Part shown: piece by piece, positions 16,220-25,785 of the stretch | Layout: every line of letters begins with the position of its first letter | How positions within the stretch are numbered: the first letter of the stretch is position 1 | Source: Eubacteriales bacterium | Lineage (GTDB): Bacteria; Bacillota; Clostridia; Oscillospirales; CAG-272 | Assembly (NCBI GenBank): GCA_045586225.1 | Contig: JAZMZX010000128.1 | Location: 95-64,094, forward strand | Direction of reading: 5' to 3' | DNA length: 64,000 nt | The notes under the pieces: generated by a model | Seen by the model: only the letters and a program-made list of their open reading frames with translations | The model's database searches: none | Told to the model about the DNA's origin: nothing | Translations under genes and position numbers: made by a program

Positions 16220-17740
16220 TCAGTTACGGGGCGCAAACCAGTCTTCAAGCTTATCGTTTGCCTTATTATCCAGTTTGCCGAACTGCTTTTCCACGTTCAT
16301 CTCCGGATCGAGAATGGCTTCTCTTATAAGCTCGAAGGTGGATGCCGTGATCCTTTCGCTGACGGTGCCCAGCCCCTTGTCGAAGCAGAAGAAGGGCGTT
16401 CCGTACACAAGCTCGATAAGCGGGAGCACGCCGCTGTGGCTCACCGTATTATAGTGATGATAGTCAACGTAGGCGTCGCGCAGATAGCCCATGGATGCCG
16501 CAGACATTGCGCGCAGAAGCACCGACGCGCCGTCAGGATCGACCGTGTTAACGGGCACCGCAAGCACGAGGGTGTCGTTGGAAACGAAGGCGCGGTATTC
16601 GTCCTCTGCCGCCGTTTTGGGCACGGGAAGCACCGTCCAGCCGAAGCCGGCAGCGGCAAGCCTGTTCATATCTCCAAGGGAGCCTAAGTGAAGCGCGGTC
16701 TCTGCAGCAAGAAATACATCGATGGCCGCCTTCTCCTCCGTCGAGCTTACAAGGGTCAGCTCGGAGAAGATTCGTTGGCAAATGTCTATAACCGTATGAG
16801 CCTCCTCGGGGAACATCACCTCGGGAGTTTCGTTTCGTTTGTTGTCCACCATGGAAAGCCCCGCGGACGCGGAGACGATATCGGTGATGCCTCCGTCCTC
16901 TGTCAAAGGATAACCGGTGGAAAGTCCCCCTGCGGCAGCAACGGACATAAGCTCATCCCACGTCCACTGACCGGACTTGGCGAGAGACTCAAGATCGCCC
17001 TCGTATATACCGCGAAGAAGATCAAGATTCGCATAAACGCAGGAAATATTGTCCGGATTCACGGTTGCCGCGCCGATAACGCCATAGTCGCCGTAGCCGG
17101 CAGAAAATGCGGCGGCGCCGTAGGGATTGAAATATTCCTCCTCAAGAGAGAAGAACGGCAGCTGTCGTAGATTATATAGGCAGTTTTCCTTATAGAGAAG
17201 CGCCAGCTCCTTCTGGGTCACAGCAAGGAGGTCGGCGTAATATTCCTCCGCTTCAAGGGCTGCTTCGATATCGATGATCATCTGATCCACAGTCGTTACA
17301 ACATAGTGGAGCTCGCAGGCGAAGCGCTCCTCAACCATGCGATTGCGTTCGTAGACGCTTGCCGAATACGTATCCTTTTCATCGAGGTCGGAGGAAACGA
17401 AGAGCACTCCAAGCTCGTCTGTGGCGGTGGTCCTGATAAACACCGTCTGGCTGTCGAAGCTGTGCTCGCCTATCTCATCGAGATACGCCTTCGCCTCCTC
17501 AAGGCCGGTATATTCATAAATGGGCACGTCCTTTTCGGTTTCCGATTCCGGTTCCGTGTCGGCGGCGGAGGTGCTGCCCGGCTCCGTACTTTCCTCCTCG
17601 GAGAAGGTGCCCTCAAAGGGGAAAAGCTCCTCAAGGATGCTGTCGTAGTGGATGTCCACGATGGAGCAAGAGGTCAGGGCTGCCGTCAGAGACAGCGTAA
17701 GAAAAAGCGCAAATATTCTTTTCGATCTGCTGATTTTCAC
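16220..17740 (-). CDS. Lipoprotein, extracellular solute-binding-protein-like (orphan, no adjacent permease genes)
   Basis: Signal peptide with lipobox LTAALTSC and an acidic S/T/E linker. Size and GQWTWDELMSVAAAG-type segment resemble ABC substrate-binding proteins; the family call is tentative. Confidence 0.4.
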   Translation of the reverse strand: MKISRSKRIFALFLTLSLTAALTSCSIVDIHYDSILEELFPFEGTFSEEESTEPGSTSAADTEPESETEKDVPIYEYTGLEEAKAYLDEIGEHSFDSQTVFIRTTATDELGVLFVSSDLDEKDTYSASVYERNRMVEERFACELHYVVTTVDQMIIDIEAALEAEEYYADLLAVTQKELALLYKENCLYNLRQLPFFSLEEEYFNPYGAAAFSAGYGDYGVIGAATVNPDNISCVYANLDLLRGIYEGDLESLAKSGQWTWDELMSVAAAGGLSTGYPLTEDGGITDIVSASAGLSMVDNKRNETPEVMFPEEAHTVIDICQRIFSELTLVSSTEEKAAIDVFLAAETALHLGSLGDMNRLAAAGFGWTVLPVPKTAAEDEYRAFVSNDTLVLAVPVNTVDPDGASVLLRAMSAASMGYLRDAYVDYHHYNTVSHSGVLPLIELVYGTPFFCFDKGLGTVSERITASTFELIREAILDPEMNVEKQFGKLDNKANDKLEDWFAPRN

Positions 17741-17773
17741 CGTCGTTGCTCCTTTCGTTTTGTTTTCCGAAGA

Positions 17774-18841
17774 TTAATTGCTCTCTTCTGTATCGGCACC
17801 GTTTATAACGCCGTCGATGCCGTCGGCGCTGTCAAGCTTCGCCGTTACGATGAAGCCGCCGGCATTGTTGCCGGAAATAACGTACTCCGCCCCCTTGGGG
17901 ATCTCGATGGGAGTCTGTTCACTCTCGGACACGGGTGCGGAATAGATCATATAGATCTCACCGCCGTCCGTCATGTAGTAGTAGGGGGCTTCCGCCGTGG
18001 CGGTGTCGATAAGCTCGATATATTCCTCCATGCAGAGGTTTTCGTCATACATTATCTCCGCGTGAGGCGCACCCACGTATCTGTAGTGCCAATACTCGTA
18101 TGAAATACCCGTAAGGTGCACCTTGTCGGCCTGATAGCGCTGGATGAAGCCGTAGCGCCAGCAGTTTGCGGGCATCCATGCAGGGTCGTAGTTGTCGCCG
18201 TAGGAGGCGATGTCGAGAGCATAGCCCGTGTGGTGCTCGCTATAGCCGGGGATGGCAACGTACTTATACGCCTCCTCCTCGCCTACCGAGTCGATCCTGT
18301 TCTGGAGAATGGAATTCTGATCGTCGTAGGTTCTGTGTCCGCTGTTTATGACGACCTTGTTATCCTCGGTGGCTTCATAGTAATCGTCCATAAAGGCGTT
18401 AAGGTGAGAGAGCACGGAATGTGCGCAGGAAATATTCACCGTTGCGAGGCCATAGCTTTTGGACTTCTCCTCGTGCTGATAGAGGAACACTATCTCCTCC
18501 TCGATATCGAAATCGTAAACGGTGGAGTTATTCACCAAAATGAGAAATCCGCGGCTCACGTCGGAGCTTGAAACGTACACGGTGTCGAATCTATCCTCCG
18601 CCGTCGTTTCCTCCTCGGTGTCCTCCCCCTCCTCGGTGTCAACGATGATAACGTTGCCCTCCTCGTCGGTTTCGGTGACGGGAGCCTTCGTTTCCGTTTC
18701 AAAGGGGTCCACCTCGCGGTTGCACACGAAATAAACGGAAAGCACGATGACAGCCGCAATGAATATGGTGAGCACTATCATTCCCGAAGAAAAATCGGGG
18801 CCTACGGTATCGTTATATCTTGTCACGCGTCGTTTTCCCAT
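17774..18841 (-). CDS. VanY/M15B-family D-alanyl-D-alanine carboxypeptidase, membrane-anchored
   Basis: NSGHRTYDDQ, SEHHTGYALD and EYWHYRYVG motifs, with TM IVLTIFIAAVIVLSVYFV. Start set to ATG 18841 (ggag 8 nt upstream). Confidence 0.75.
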   Translation of the reverse strand: MGKRRVTRYNDTVGPDFSSGMIVLTIFIAAVIVLSVYFVCNREVDPFETETKAPVTETDEEGNVIIVDTEEGEDTEEETTAEDRFDTVYVSSSDVSRGFLILVNNSTVYDFDIEEEIVFLYQHEEKSKSYGLATVNISCAHSVLSHLNAFMDDYYEATEDNKVVINSGHRTYDDQNSILQNRIDSVGEEEAYKYVAIPGYSEHHTGYALDIASYGDNYDPAWMPANCWRYGFIQRYQADKVHLTGISYEYWHYRYVGAPHAEIMYDENLCMEEYIELIDTATAEAPYYYMTDGGEIYMIYSAPVSESEQTPIEIPKGAEYVISGNNAGGFIVTAKLDSADGIDGVINGADTEESN

Positions 18842-18938
18842 AACGTCTCCATTCTGTAAACTGATGTCTCTTTGTAATTTGAAAATGTGAGATGACACAG
18901 CGGTGCCTCTCACATTTTCTTTAAGTGATTATTGTGTT

Positions 18939-21029
18939 TTAGCCTTCGAGGCAAGCCTTGCGGGAGAGATTGAGTCTGCCCTTTTCGTCGGTGCCGAGGA
19001 ACTTAACGGTCATCATATCGCCAACCTGGCAAACGTCCTCAACCTTTTCGGTGCGCTTGTTTTCAAGGTCCTTGATGTGAACCATACCTTCCTTACCGGG
19101 AGCGAATTCAACGAATGCGCCGATAGGGATGATACGGGTAACCTTACCGGTGTAGATAGCGCCTGCTTCGGGCTCGAATACGATGCCTTCGATGATCTTC
19201 TGAGCTTCGTATGCAGCATTGCGGTTAACGGCAGAGATGTAGATGGTGCCGTCTTCCTCGATATCGATCTTAGCGCCGGTGTCGGCAACGATCTTCTGGA
19301 TAACCTTACCGCCGGTGCCGATAACCTCGCGAATCTTGTCCACCTTGATCTTCATGGTGAGCATCTTGGGAGCGTATTCGGAAACGTCGGCTCTGGGCTC
19401 GGGGATCGCCTTGAGCATGATCTCGTCGATGATATAATCGCGGCCCTTGTGGGTAACAGCGAGAGCTTCCTTGATGATCTCAGGAGTAAGACCGTCGATC
19501 TTAAGGTCCATCTGGATGGAGGTGATACCCTTGTGAGTACCTGCAACCTTGAAGTCCATATCGCCGTAGAAGTCCTCAAGACCCTGGATGTCGATCATAG
19601 TCATCCAGCGCTCGCCTTCGGTGATAAGACCGCAGGAGATACCTGCAACGGGAGCCTTGATCGGAACGCCCGCGTCCATAAGAGCGAGGGTGGAGCCGCA
19701 AACGGAGCCCTGAGAGGTGGAGCCGTTAGAGGAAACTACTTCGGATACTACACGGATAGCGTAGGGGAATTCCTCAACGCTGGGAAGTACGGGGATAAGG
19801 GAACGCTCAGCAAGTGCGCCGTGACCGATCTCACGTCTGCCGGGAGTACGGGAAGCCTTTGCTTCACCGGTGGAATAGCCGGGCATATTGTAGTGGTGCA
19901 TGTAGCGCTTGGTGGTCTGATCGTCGATACCGTCGAGCTCCTGAGCTTCGTCGATGGAGCCGAGGGTGCAGATGGAGAGGACCTGAGTCTGTCCGCGGGT
20001 GAAGAGGCCGGAGCCGTGTACTCTGGGGAGTACTGCTACTTCGGATGCGAGAGGACGGATCTCGTCGAGACGTCTGCCGTCTACGCGCTTGCCGTCTTCC
20101 AGGAGCCAGCGGCGAACGATCTTCTTCTGGATCTTATAGATGATCTCTTCAAGCTGAGTTTCGATCTCGGGATACTCTTCGGAGAACTTTTCAACGATAG
20201 CGTCCTTAACGGGAACCATTCTTTCGTCTCTTACGTTCTTATCGGGGGTATCGAGAGCAAACATAACGTCCTTTTCGCAGAAAGCGAAAATGGAATCGAA
20301 CATATCGTGGTCAAGCTCGCAGGAGGGATATTCAAACTTGGGCTTGCCAACCTCTGCGATGATGTGGTTGATGAACTGAAGGAGCTTGCAGTTTTCTTCG
20401 TGACCGAGCATGATAGCGGTGAACATGTTCGCATCGGAGATCTCCTGTGCGCCAGCTTCGATCATAACTACCTTTTCCGCACTGGATGCAACGGTGAGCT
20501 CGAGTGTGCTTACGCGGCGCTGCTCCTGAGTGGGGTTAACAACGGGAACACCGTCCACCATACCGATGAAGCAGCCGGAGATAGGTCCGTTCCACGGAAT
20601 ATCGGAAATGGAGAGAGCGATGGAAGCACCGATCATACCGGTGATCTCAGGGCTGCAGTCGGGGTCAACTGCCATAACGGTCATGGAAAGAACGATATCG
20701 TTGCGAAGATCCTTGGGGAAAAGAGGACGGATGGGGCGGTCGATCACACGCGCGGTGAGAATAGCCTTCTCGGAAGGTCTGCCTTCGCGGCGGAGGAACG
20801 CGCCGGGGATCTTGCCTGCAGCGTAAAGACGCTCTTCGAAGTCAACGGAAAGGGGAAGGAAATCGATTCCGTCGCGGGGCTTCTCGGAAGCGGTCGCGCA
20901 TGCAAGGATAGTGGTATCGCCATAGGAAATAAGGCAGGAGCCGTTTGCAAGGCCTGCTACCTTACCGACCTCAACCTTAAGAGGACGGCCTGCGTATTCG
21001 GTTTCAAATACTCTGTAGTTTTCAAACAT
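18939..21029 (-). CDS. pnp: Polyribonucleotide nucleotidyltransferase (PNPase)
   Basis: 696 aa with two RNase PH domains, KH and a C-terminal S1 (GKVTRIIPIGAFVEFAPGKEGMVHI). Typical position downstream of rpsO. Confidence 0.95.
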   Translation of the reverse strand: MFENYRVFETEYAGRPLKVEVGKVAGLANGSCLISYGDTTILACATASEKPRDGIDFLPLSVDFEERLYAAGKIPGAFLRREGRPSEKAILTARVIDRPIRPLFPKDLRNDIVLSMTVMAVDPDCSPEITGMIGASIALSISDIPWNGPISGCFIGMVDGVPVVNPTQEQRRVSTLELTVASSAEKVVMIEAGAQEISDANMFTAIMLGHEENCKLLQFINHIIAEVGKPKFEYPSCELDHDMFDSIFAFCEKDVMFALDTPDKNVRDERMVPVKDAIVEKFSEEYPEIETQLEEIIYKIQKKIVRRWLLEDGKRVDGRRLDEIRPLASEVAVLPRVHGSGLFTRGQTQVLSICTLGSIDEAQELDGIDDQTTKRYMHHYNMPGYSTGEAKASRTPGRREIGHGALAERSLIPVLPSVEEFPYAIRVVSEVVSSNGSTSQGSVCGSTLALMDAGVPIKAPVAGISCGLITEGERWMTMIDIQGLEDFYGDMDFKVAGTHKGITSIQMDLKIDGLTPEIIKEALAVTHKGRDYIIDEIMLKAIPEPRADVSEYAPKMLTMKIKVDKIREVIGTGGKVIQKIVADTGAKIDIEEDGTIYISAVNRNAAYEAQKIIEGIVFEPEAGAIYTGKVTRIIPIGAFVEFAPGKEGMVHIKDLENKRTEKVEDVCQVGDMMTVKFLGTDEKGRLNLSRKACLEG

Positions 21030-21180
21030 TTTGGATTAACCTCCGTTTATATTTTTATCAAAACGGGGAGCCGCGAAAGGGATAAACACTTAAATAAACG
21101 TGCGGCGGGATATTCCCTTTTTTCCGTGCGCTTAATTAAATGCTGATCCGTCTCACGCTCACCCGACGGTTACATGAAAC

Positions 21181-21204
21181 AGGGTTGCCGCTAATGCGGC
21201 AACC
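21181..21204 (-). terminator. rpsO-pnp intergenic hairpin (terminator/attenuator or processing site)
   Basis: Perfect 10-bp GC-rich stem gggttgccgc / gcggcaaccc with a 4-nt loop. Only a weak U-run (tgtttc) follows on the minus strand. Confidence 0.55.
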
Positions 21205-21226
21205 CGCCATGGTACAAAGTCCGGAA

Positions 21227-21496
21227 TTACTTTCTGATGCCGAGCTTTTCGATGATCGCGCGGTAACGCTCGATGTCTACCTTCTGGAGGTAGCCGAGAA
21301 GGTTGCGTCTGTGACCAACCATCTTAAGAAGACCGCGACGGCTGTGGTGGTCCTTCTTGTTGACCTTGAGATGCTCGGTGAGAGAGTTGATTCTCGATGT
21401 GAGGATTGCGATCTGAACTTCGGGAGAACCGGTGTCGCCCTCGTGGATAGCGTACTGCTCGATGATCGCCTGCTTGGTGTCCTTTGTAAGTGCCAT
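21227..21496 (-). CDS. rpsO: 30S ribosomal protein S15
   Basis: 89 aa: [64 protein letters not shown]. The tracked N-terminal extension is rejected. Confidence 0.95.
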   Translation of the reverse strand: MALTKDTKQAIIEQYAIHEGDTGSPEVQIAILTSRINSLTEHLKVNKKDHHSRRGLLKMVGHRRNLLGYLQKVDIERYRAIIEKLGIRK

Positions 21497-21638
21497 TGTT
21501 TTCACCTCTGTGATGTATTTATTTCGCAGTCGACTCAGCGAGCGGCGGGTGAAACGCCCTTTATTTCGGAGGGATCTCGTTATCAGATCCGGCCTCAAAA
21601 AGGCTCTTTGTCCGCGGACCGTGCCGACAGCGAGAGTT

Positions 21639-21667
21639 ATTATATCACGAAAAAATCGGTTTGTAAA
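21639..21667 (-). promoter_or_regulatory. Candidate sigma-A promoter of rpsO
   Basis: On the minus strand: TTTACA (21667-21662), 17-nt spacer, TATAAT (21644-21639). Leaves a ~135-nt leader. Confidence 0.55.
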
Positions 21668-21726
21668 TACGGACTTTCAATTATTTCTCCATCAAATCAT
21701 GCACATTTTCCGACTTCAAAGAAAAT

Positions 21727-22113
21727 TTACATTTCAGTCTTCCTTTTACGGACTGCGTCAGGAGTCCCCTCCCCTTTGAAAAGGGAGCAAAGACCGCTCC
21801 CCGCAAGAAGCACGCCGAGGATAAGGCGCAGCACCTCCGTTTCCGTCACCGTAGCCAGAGATGCTCCCGCCAGGGCACCGACAACGCCTCCCGCCGCCGC
21901 AACGGTCACCACTGCCGCATCGGTGTGGCGCTTGTACACGTGCACCGTCAGCGAGGCGGCTGAGGCGGCTATAAAAAACACAAGATTCGACAGCTGCGCC
22001 GCTTTCTGCTCCACTCCGCACACAAGGGTCAGATAGATAAGAAAAAGTCCGCCTCCCCCGACTCCCATGCCGGAAAGGGCTGCTGTGATAAAAGCGATGA
22101 TAACGTCGGTCAT
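21727..22113 (-). CDS. TauE/SafE (TSUP) family half-size membrane protein, second half
   Basis: 128 aa, 4 helices, MGVGGGGLFLIYL glycine motif. Start ATG 22113 with RBS ggaggg. Confidence 0.65.
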   Translation of the reverse strand: MTDVIIAFITAALSGMGVGGGGLFLIYLTLVCGVEQKAAQLSNLVFFIAASAASLTVHVYKRHTDAAVVTVAAAGGVVGALAGASLATVTETEVLRLILGVLLAGSGLCSLFKGEGTPDAVRKRKTEM

Positions 22114-22129
22114 TTTCCTCTTCCCTCCG

Positions 22130-22534
22130 TCATAATATTCCGGTGCCGCGGAGCACAAGGGACGTGCCCGCCCATATAACGAGCAGCGCGAATATCCGCC
22201 TTAGCCACGGCAGGCTGATGCGGTCCAGAAGATACGCCCCCACGATGCCGCCGCAAAGGGCGGGGACCACGTGCCCGGGCTCTGCCGCAGAGACCGGGTC
22301 TCCCGACCGTAAGTATATAAGCGCCGACACCGCCGACATAGGCAGCACTGACGCCACGGCCGAGGCGAAAACGTCGCGGCTGTCCCTTTCGGGGGAGCCG
22401 CGGTATGCACGGGTGAGCACGTACACGAGAACGATACCGCCGCCGCAGCCCACAAGTCCGTTCAGAAGCCCCGCAAAAGCTCCCGCAAAAAACAGCAGCA
22501 ATACCTGCCCGTACCCCCGCTTTATTGCGTCCAA
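22130..22534 (-). CDS. TauE/SafE (TSUP) family half-size membrane protein, first half
   Basis: 134 aa, 4 helices, LVGCGGGIVLVYVL motif. Lies 16 nt upstream of the second half. Confidence 0.65.
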   Translation of the reverse strand: MDAIKRGYGQVLLLFFAGAFAGLLNGLVGCGGGIVLVYVLTRAYRGSPERDSRDVFASAVASVLPMSAVSALIYLRSGDPVSAAEPGHVVPALCGGIVGAYLLDRISLPWLRRIFALLVIWAGTSLVLRGTGIL

Positions 22535-22702
22535 TCCGCATCACCTCACTATAATTAATAAGTCATCCGGGTCTATGCCCTTGTATTTTGACTTAAAATC
22601 TGTTATTATATACATTGGTATCGTATCGAACGGCGAAGCCAACGGAAACGGTGCCTTCAAACGAGCTTGAATGCCGAACACAGAAAGGCTATACATAAAA
22701 CA

Positions 22703-25441
22703 ATGGCACAGAACAAAAACCCCATAAACGAAAAGAAAAAAACGGGCGCCGGCACCGCCGAAAAGAAAGCTGCCGTAAAGAAAACGGCAGCAGAAAAGGA
22801 AAACAAGTCCGAGCGCAGAGCTGCTCCCAAGGAGGAGCGCATCAAAAAGGAGCGCGACCCTCAGAGCGTTACGAATCAGATACTCCCCTTCGTTTTCGTA
22901 GTATGCGCCATACTCATTCTGCTGGTGCTCCTTCTGGAGTCCGACGGATGGCTGGTGCGCCCCCTGAAGGGTATCCTTCTCGGCTTCTTCTCAGGCGCCG
23001 CATACATCATCCCCATACTCTTCCTGCTCCTCGGCTGCTTCTGGCAGTCCGACGTTGTTACGAACAGAATAACCATGAAGCTTTGGTGCGCGGGAACCTC
23101 TCTCGTGCTCACCTCCATGCTGATGCATCTGCTTCTTAGCGGCACCGCCGCATTCGGTGTCGTTGAGCTTTTCAAAAGCGGCATTGAATACGGAAGCGGC
23201 GGCATCATAGGCGGCCTGCTGGCATCCCTGCTCATTAAGGCAACGGGCACCGGCAACGTGCTTGCCTGGATAATCACCGTGTCCGCACTCTTCATCTCCA
23301 CCCTCCTTCTTTTCGGGCTCACCCCCCGCTCGGTGCAGATATACTTCGCCTACAGAATGAAGGTATACCGCGAGAACAAGCGCGCCGAAAGGTCCATAAA
23401 GGCGCTCACACCCCTTCCCAAGCCTGCTGCAGACCGCATCAAGCAGCTTGATTCCTCCGCCCCCGTCCCCGCAGAGGAGGATGACGAGGACGAATCCCAT
23501 TCCCCCAAATTCGATCCGGACGTGGATATGTCCGGCGACAGAAGAGCCTCCAAAAAAAAGAAGGCTCAGGTGAAGGAGGAGGAAAAGGATCAGGACGCTA
23601 TCGACCAGAAGATATTCGACGAGGTCATGCGCCGCACCCGCGAGCGATACGGCGAGCAGTCCTTCGACGAGGCTGATACCGCCCACGATAACGTGCCCGA
23701 ATACGGCAAAACGGGCAAAAAGGCTGCGGCTCCCGCCGCAAAGGCAGACGTGAAAGCGCTCCCCGCCGTTTCCGACTCCCTCTCCTCAAAAGGAGAGATC
23801 GACCTTTCAAAGATATTTATCGATCCCGAAAAGATCGAGCTTTTGCAGAACGCATCAAAGGATGATGAGCCGCCCTTCGACATAGAAGCCGAGTGCGACG
23901 TTATCTCATCCCCCGAGGAAGCTGAAAACGAAGCTGTCGAGGAGCCCGAAGCACCCGTTCCCGTTTACGAGTTCCCGCCTCTTTCCCTGCTTGCCATGCC
24001 CGGCAAGCCCTCCGCCGCCGACCTTGACGAGCTGAAGAACAACGCCTCCAAGCTCGTTGACACTCTCCGCAGCTTCAACGTTAAAACGAGAGTTTCCGAC
24101 GTTTCCCGCGGCCCCACCATCACAAGATACGAGCTCACCCCCGAATCGGGCACGAGAGTTCGCTCCATCTCCAATCTTTCCGACGATATCGCCCTCGGCC
24201 TCGCCGTTCCCAACATAAGGATCGAGGCTCCCATCCCCGGCAAGGCTGCCGTGGGCATCGAGGTGCCCAACAAGAAGCGCGAGAACGTTTATCTCCGCGC
24301 GCTTCTCGAAAACGAAGCCTTTGAAAAATCCGAAAGCAGACTCACCTGCGCCCTCGGTGCAGACGTTGCGGGCTCGCCCATCTACTGCGACATCGCAAAA
24401 ATGCCTCACCTTCTCGTTGCAGGTGCAACGGGTACGGGTAAGTCCGTGTGCATCAACTCCATCATAACGAGCCTTCTTTATAAGTCCACTCCTCAGGAGA
24501 TCAGGCTTATAATGATCGACCCGAAGAAGGTCGAGCTCACGATTTATAACGGCATCCCTCACCTTCACGTTCCCGTTGTCAGCGACGTGAAGAAGGCGGC
24601 GGGCACCCTTGCCTGGGCCGTTACCGAAATGGAGCGCCGCTACGAGCTTATCGAAAGCGTGGGCGTGCGCAACATCCAGAGCTACAACGAGATCACCTAT
24701 AACGACCCCGAGAAGGAATTCATGCCTCAGATGGTCATCATCATCGACGAGTTTGCAGACCTTATGATGACGGTACCCGACGACGTCGAGACCTCCGTCT
24801 GCCGCATCGCGCAGATGGGACGTGCCGCCGGTATCCACCTCATCATCGGTACTCAGCGCCCCTCCGTCAACGTTGTCACCGGTCTTATCAAGGCAAACAT
24901 CCCCTCAAGGATCGCGTTCACCATGTCCTCCCAGGTGGACTCCCGTACCGTTATCGACGTTGCGGGCGCCGAAAAGCTTCTGGGACGCGGTGACATGCTC
25001 TACACTCCCGTGGGCATGCTGAAGCCTCAGCGCGTTCAGGGTGCGTTCGTCAGCGAGGCTGAGGTACAGAAGGTGATCGACTTCCTCAAGGGCATCTGCC
25101 CCAATCCTCAGTACGACACCGATGCCATCGACGGCATCGAGGCTGCAGCTGCCCGCTGCGGTCAGGGCAAGGGACGCGGCAACGACGGCGGCGGAGAAGC
25201 CCCCGTTGCCACCGACGACCCCATGCTCAAGCAGGCTCTCGAGCTTGCCGTTGAAACGGGCAAGATATCAACGTCACTCATTCAGCGACGCCTCTCTCTC
25301 GGCTACGGCAGAGCGGCGAAGCTTATCGACACAATGGAGGTCCGCGGATTCGTCAGCGCCCCCGACGGACAGCGTCCGAGAGACGTGCTTATCACACGTC
25401 AGCAATTCCAGGAGCTCGTGCTTCACGACGAGCTTGGCTAA
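22703..25441 (+). CDS. ftsK: DNA translocase FtsK/SpoIIIE
   Basis: N-terminal TM block, acidic linker, Walker A VAGATGTGKS, Walker B IIIDEFADLM and a gamma winged helix ISTSLIQRRLSLGYGRAAKLID. The start is uncertain (ATG 22703 or 22667). Confidence 0.9.
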   Translation: MAQNKNPINEKKKTGAGTAEKKAAVKKTAAEKENKSERRAAPKEERIKKERDPQSVTNQILPFVFVVCAILILLVLLLESDGWLVRPLKGILLGFFSGAAYIIPILFLLLGCFWQSDVVTNRITMKLWCAGTSLVLTSMLMHLLLSGTAAFGVVELFKSGIEYGSGGIIGGLLASLLIKATGTGNVLAWIITVSALFISTLLLFGLTPRSVQIYFAYRMKVYRENKRAERSIKALTPLPKPAADRIKQLDSSAPVPAEEDDEDESHSPKFDPDVDMSGDRRASKKKKAQVKEEEKDQDAIDQKIFDEVMRRTRERYGEQSFDEADTAHDNVPEYGKTGKKAAAPAAKADVKALPAVSDSLSSKGEIDLSKIFIDPEKIELLQNASKDDEPPFDIEAECDVISSPEEAENEAVEEPEAPVPVYEFPPLSLLAMPGKPSAADLDELKNNASKLVDTLRSFNVKTRVSDVSRGPTITRYELTPESGTRVRSISNLSDDIALGLAVPNIRIEAPIPGKAAVGIEVPNKKRENVYLRALLENEAFEKSESRLTCALGADVAGSPIYCDIAKMPHLLVAGATGTGKSVCINSIITSLLYKSTPQEIRLIMIDPKKVELTIYNGIPHLHVPVVSDVKKAAGTLAWAVTEMERRYELIESVGVRNIQSYNEITYNDPEKEFMPQMVIIIDEFADLMMTVPDDVETSVCRIAQMGRAAGIHLIIGTQRPSVNVVTGLIKANIPSRIAFTMSSQVDSRTVIDVAGAEKLLGRGDMLYTPVGMLKPQRVQGAFVSEAEVQKVIDFLKGICPNPQYDTDAIDGIEAAAARCGQGKGRGNDGGGEAPVATDDPMLKQALELAVETGKISTSLIQRRLSLGYGRAAKLIDTMEVRGFVSAPDGQRPRDVLITRQQFQELVLHDELG

Positions 25442-25456
25442 GCAAAGGAGAACACT

Positions 25457-25783
25457 ATGAAAGCCGAGTATAAGAACTGCCCCAAATGTCATATAATCAA
25501 TGCACCGAATGCCACCCGCTGCGAGTGCGGATATCAGTTTACCGAGGGCGAGGTGCTCACTGACGGCGACGTGAGCCGTCAGCTTCGCGCCGCAAAAAGA
25601 AGACGTCTTCTTTACACCGTCCCCGTGGTGCTGTTTCTGATACTCTATTTCGTGCTCTCCATCAAATTCGGCTTCCTTCAGGTGCTTCTGTATTCTCTCG
25701 GCGTCGTTGTTCTGGCGCTGCTCCTGCTCTACGTTACCTCAAGGATCAAAAGCGCCGCCGACAGAAAGCGCATGGGTGACTGA
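25457..25783 (+). CDS. Zinc-ribbon membrane protein
   Basis: 108 aa with CPKC...CECG followed by two hydrophobic helices. Confidence 0.5.
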   Translation: MKAEYKNCPKCHIINAPNATRCECGYQFTEGEVLTDGDVSRQLRAAKRRRLLYTVPVVLFLILYFVLSIKFGFLQVLLYSLGVVVLALLLLYVTSRIKSAADRKRMGD

Positions 25784-25785
25784 TC

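Noticed and set aside
18903-21146. 747-aa plus-strand ORF, the longest of many long antisense ORFs. Others include 1141-2445, 9974-11125, 11700-13346, 23906-24838, 29503-30954, 33919-34965, 57015-58568 and 60582-61694.
   Set aside because: Each lies exactly opposite a gene with unmistakable family motifs (pnp, SPFH, M23, ftsK, GH2, GH35, recG and others). Their translations are low-complexity (Ala/Gly/Val/Asp-rich) with no RBS. GC3-rich sense codons suppress stop codons on the antisense strand, so these are shadow ORFs.
22110-22544. Alternative-frame ORFs over the TauE halves (22110-22544, 22143-22670, 22201-22455, 21758-22021).
   Set aside because: Their products are Arg/Pro/Ala-rich and lack hydrophobic periodicity. 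The chosen frames give clean 4-helix membrane proteins with the family glycine motifs.
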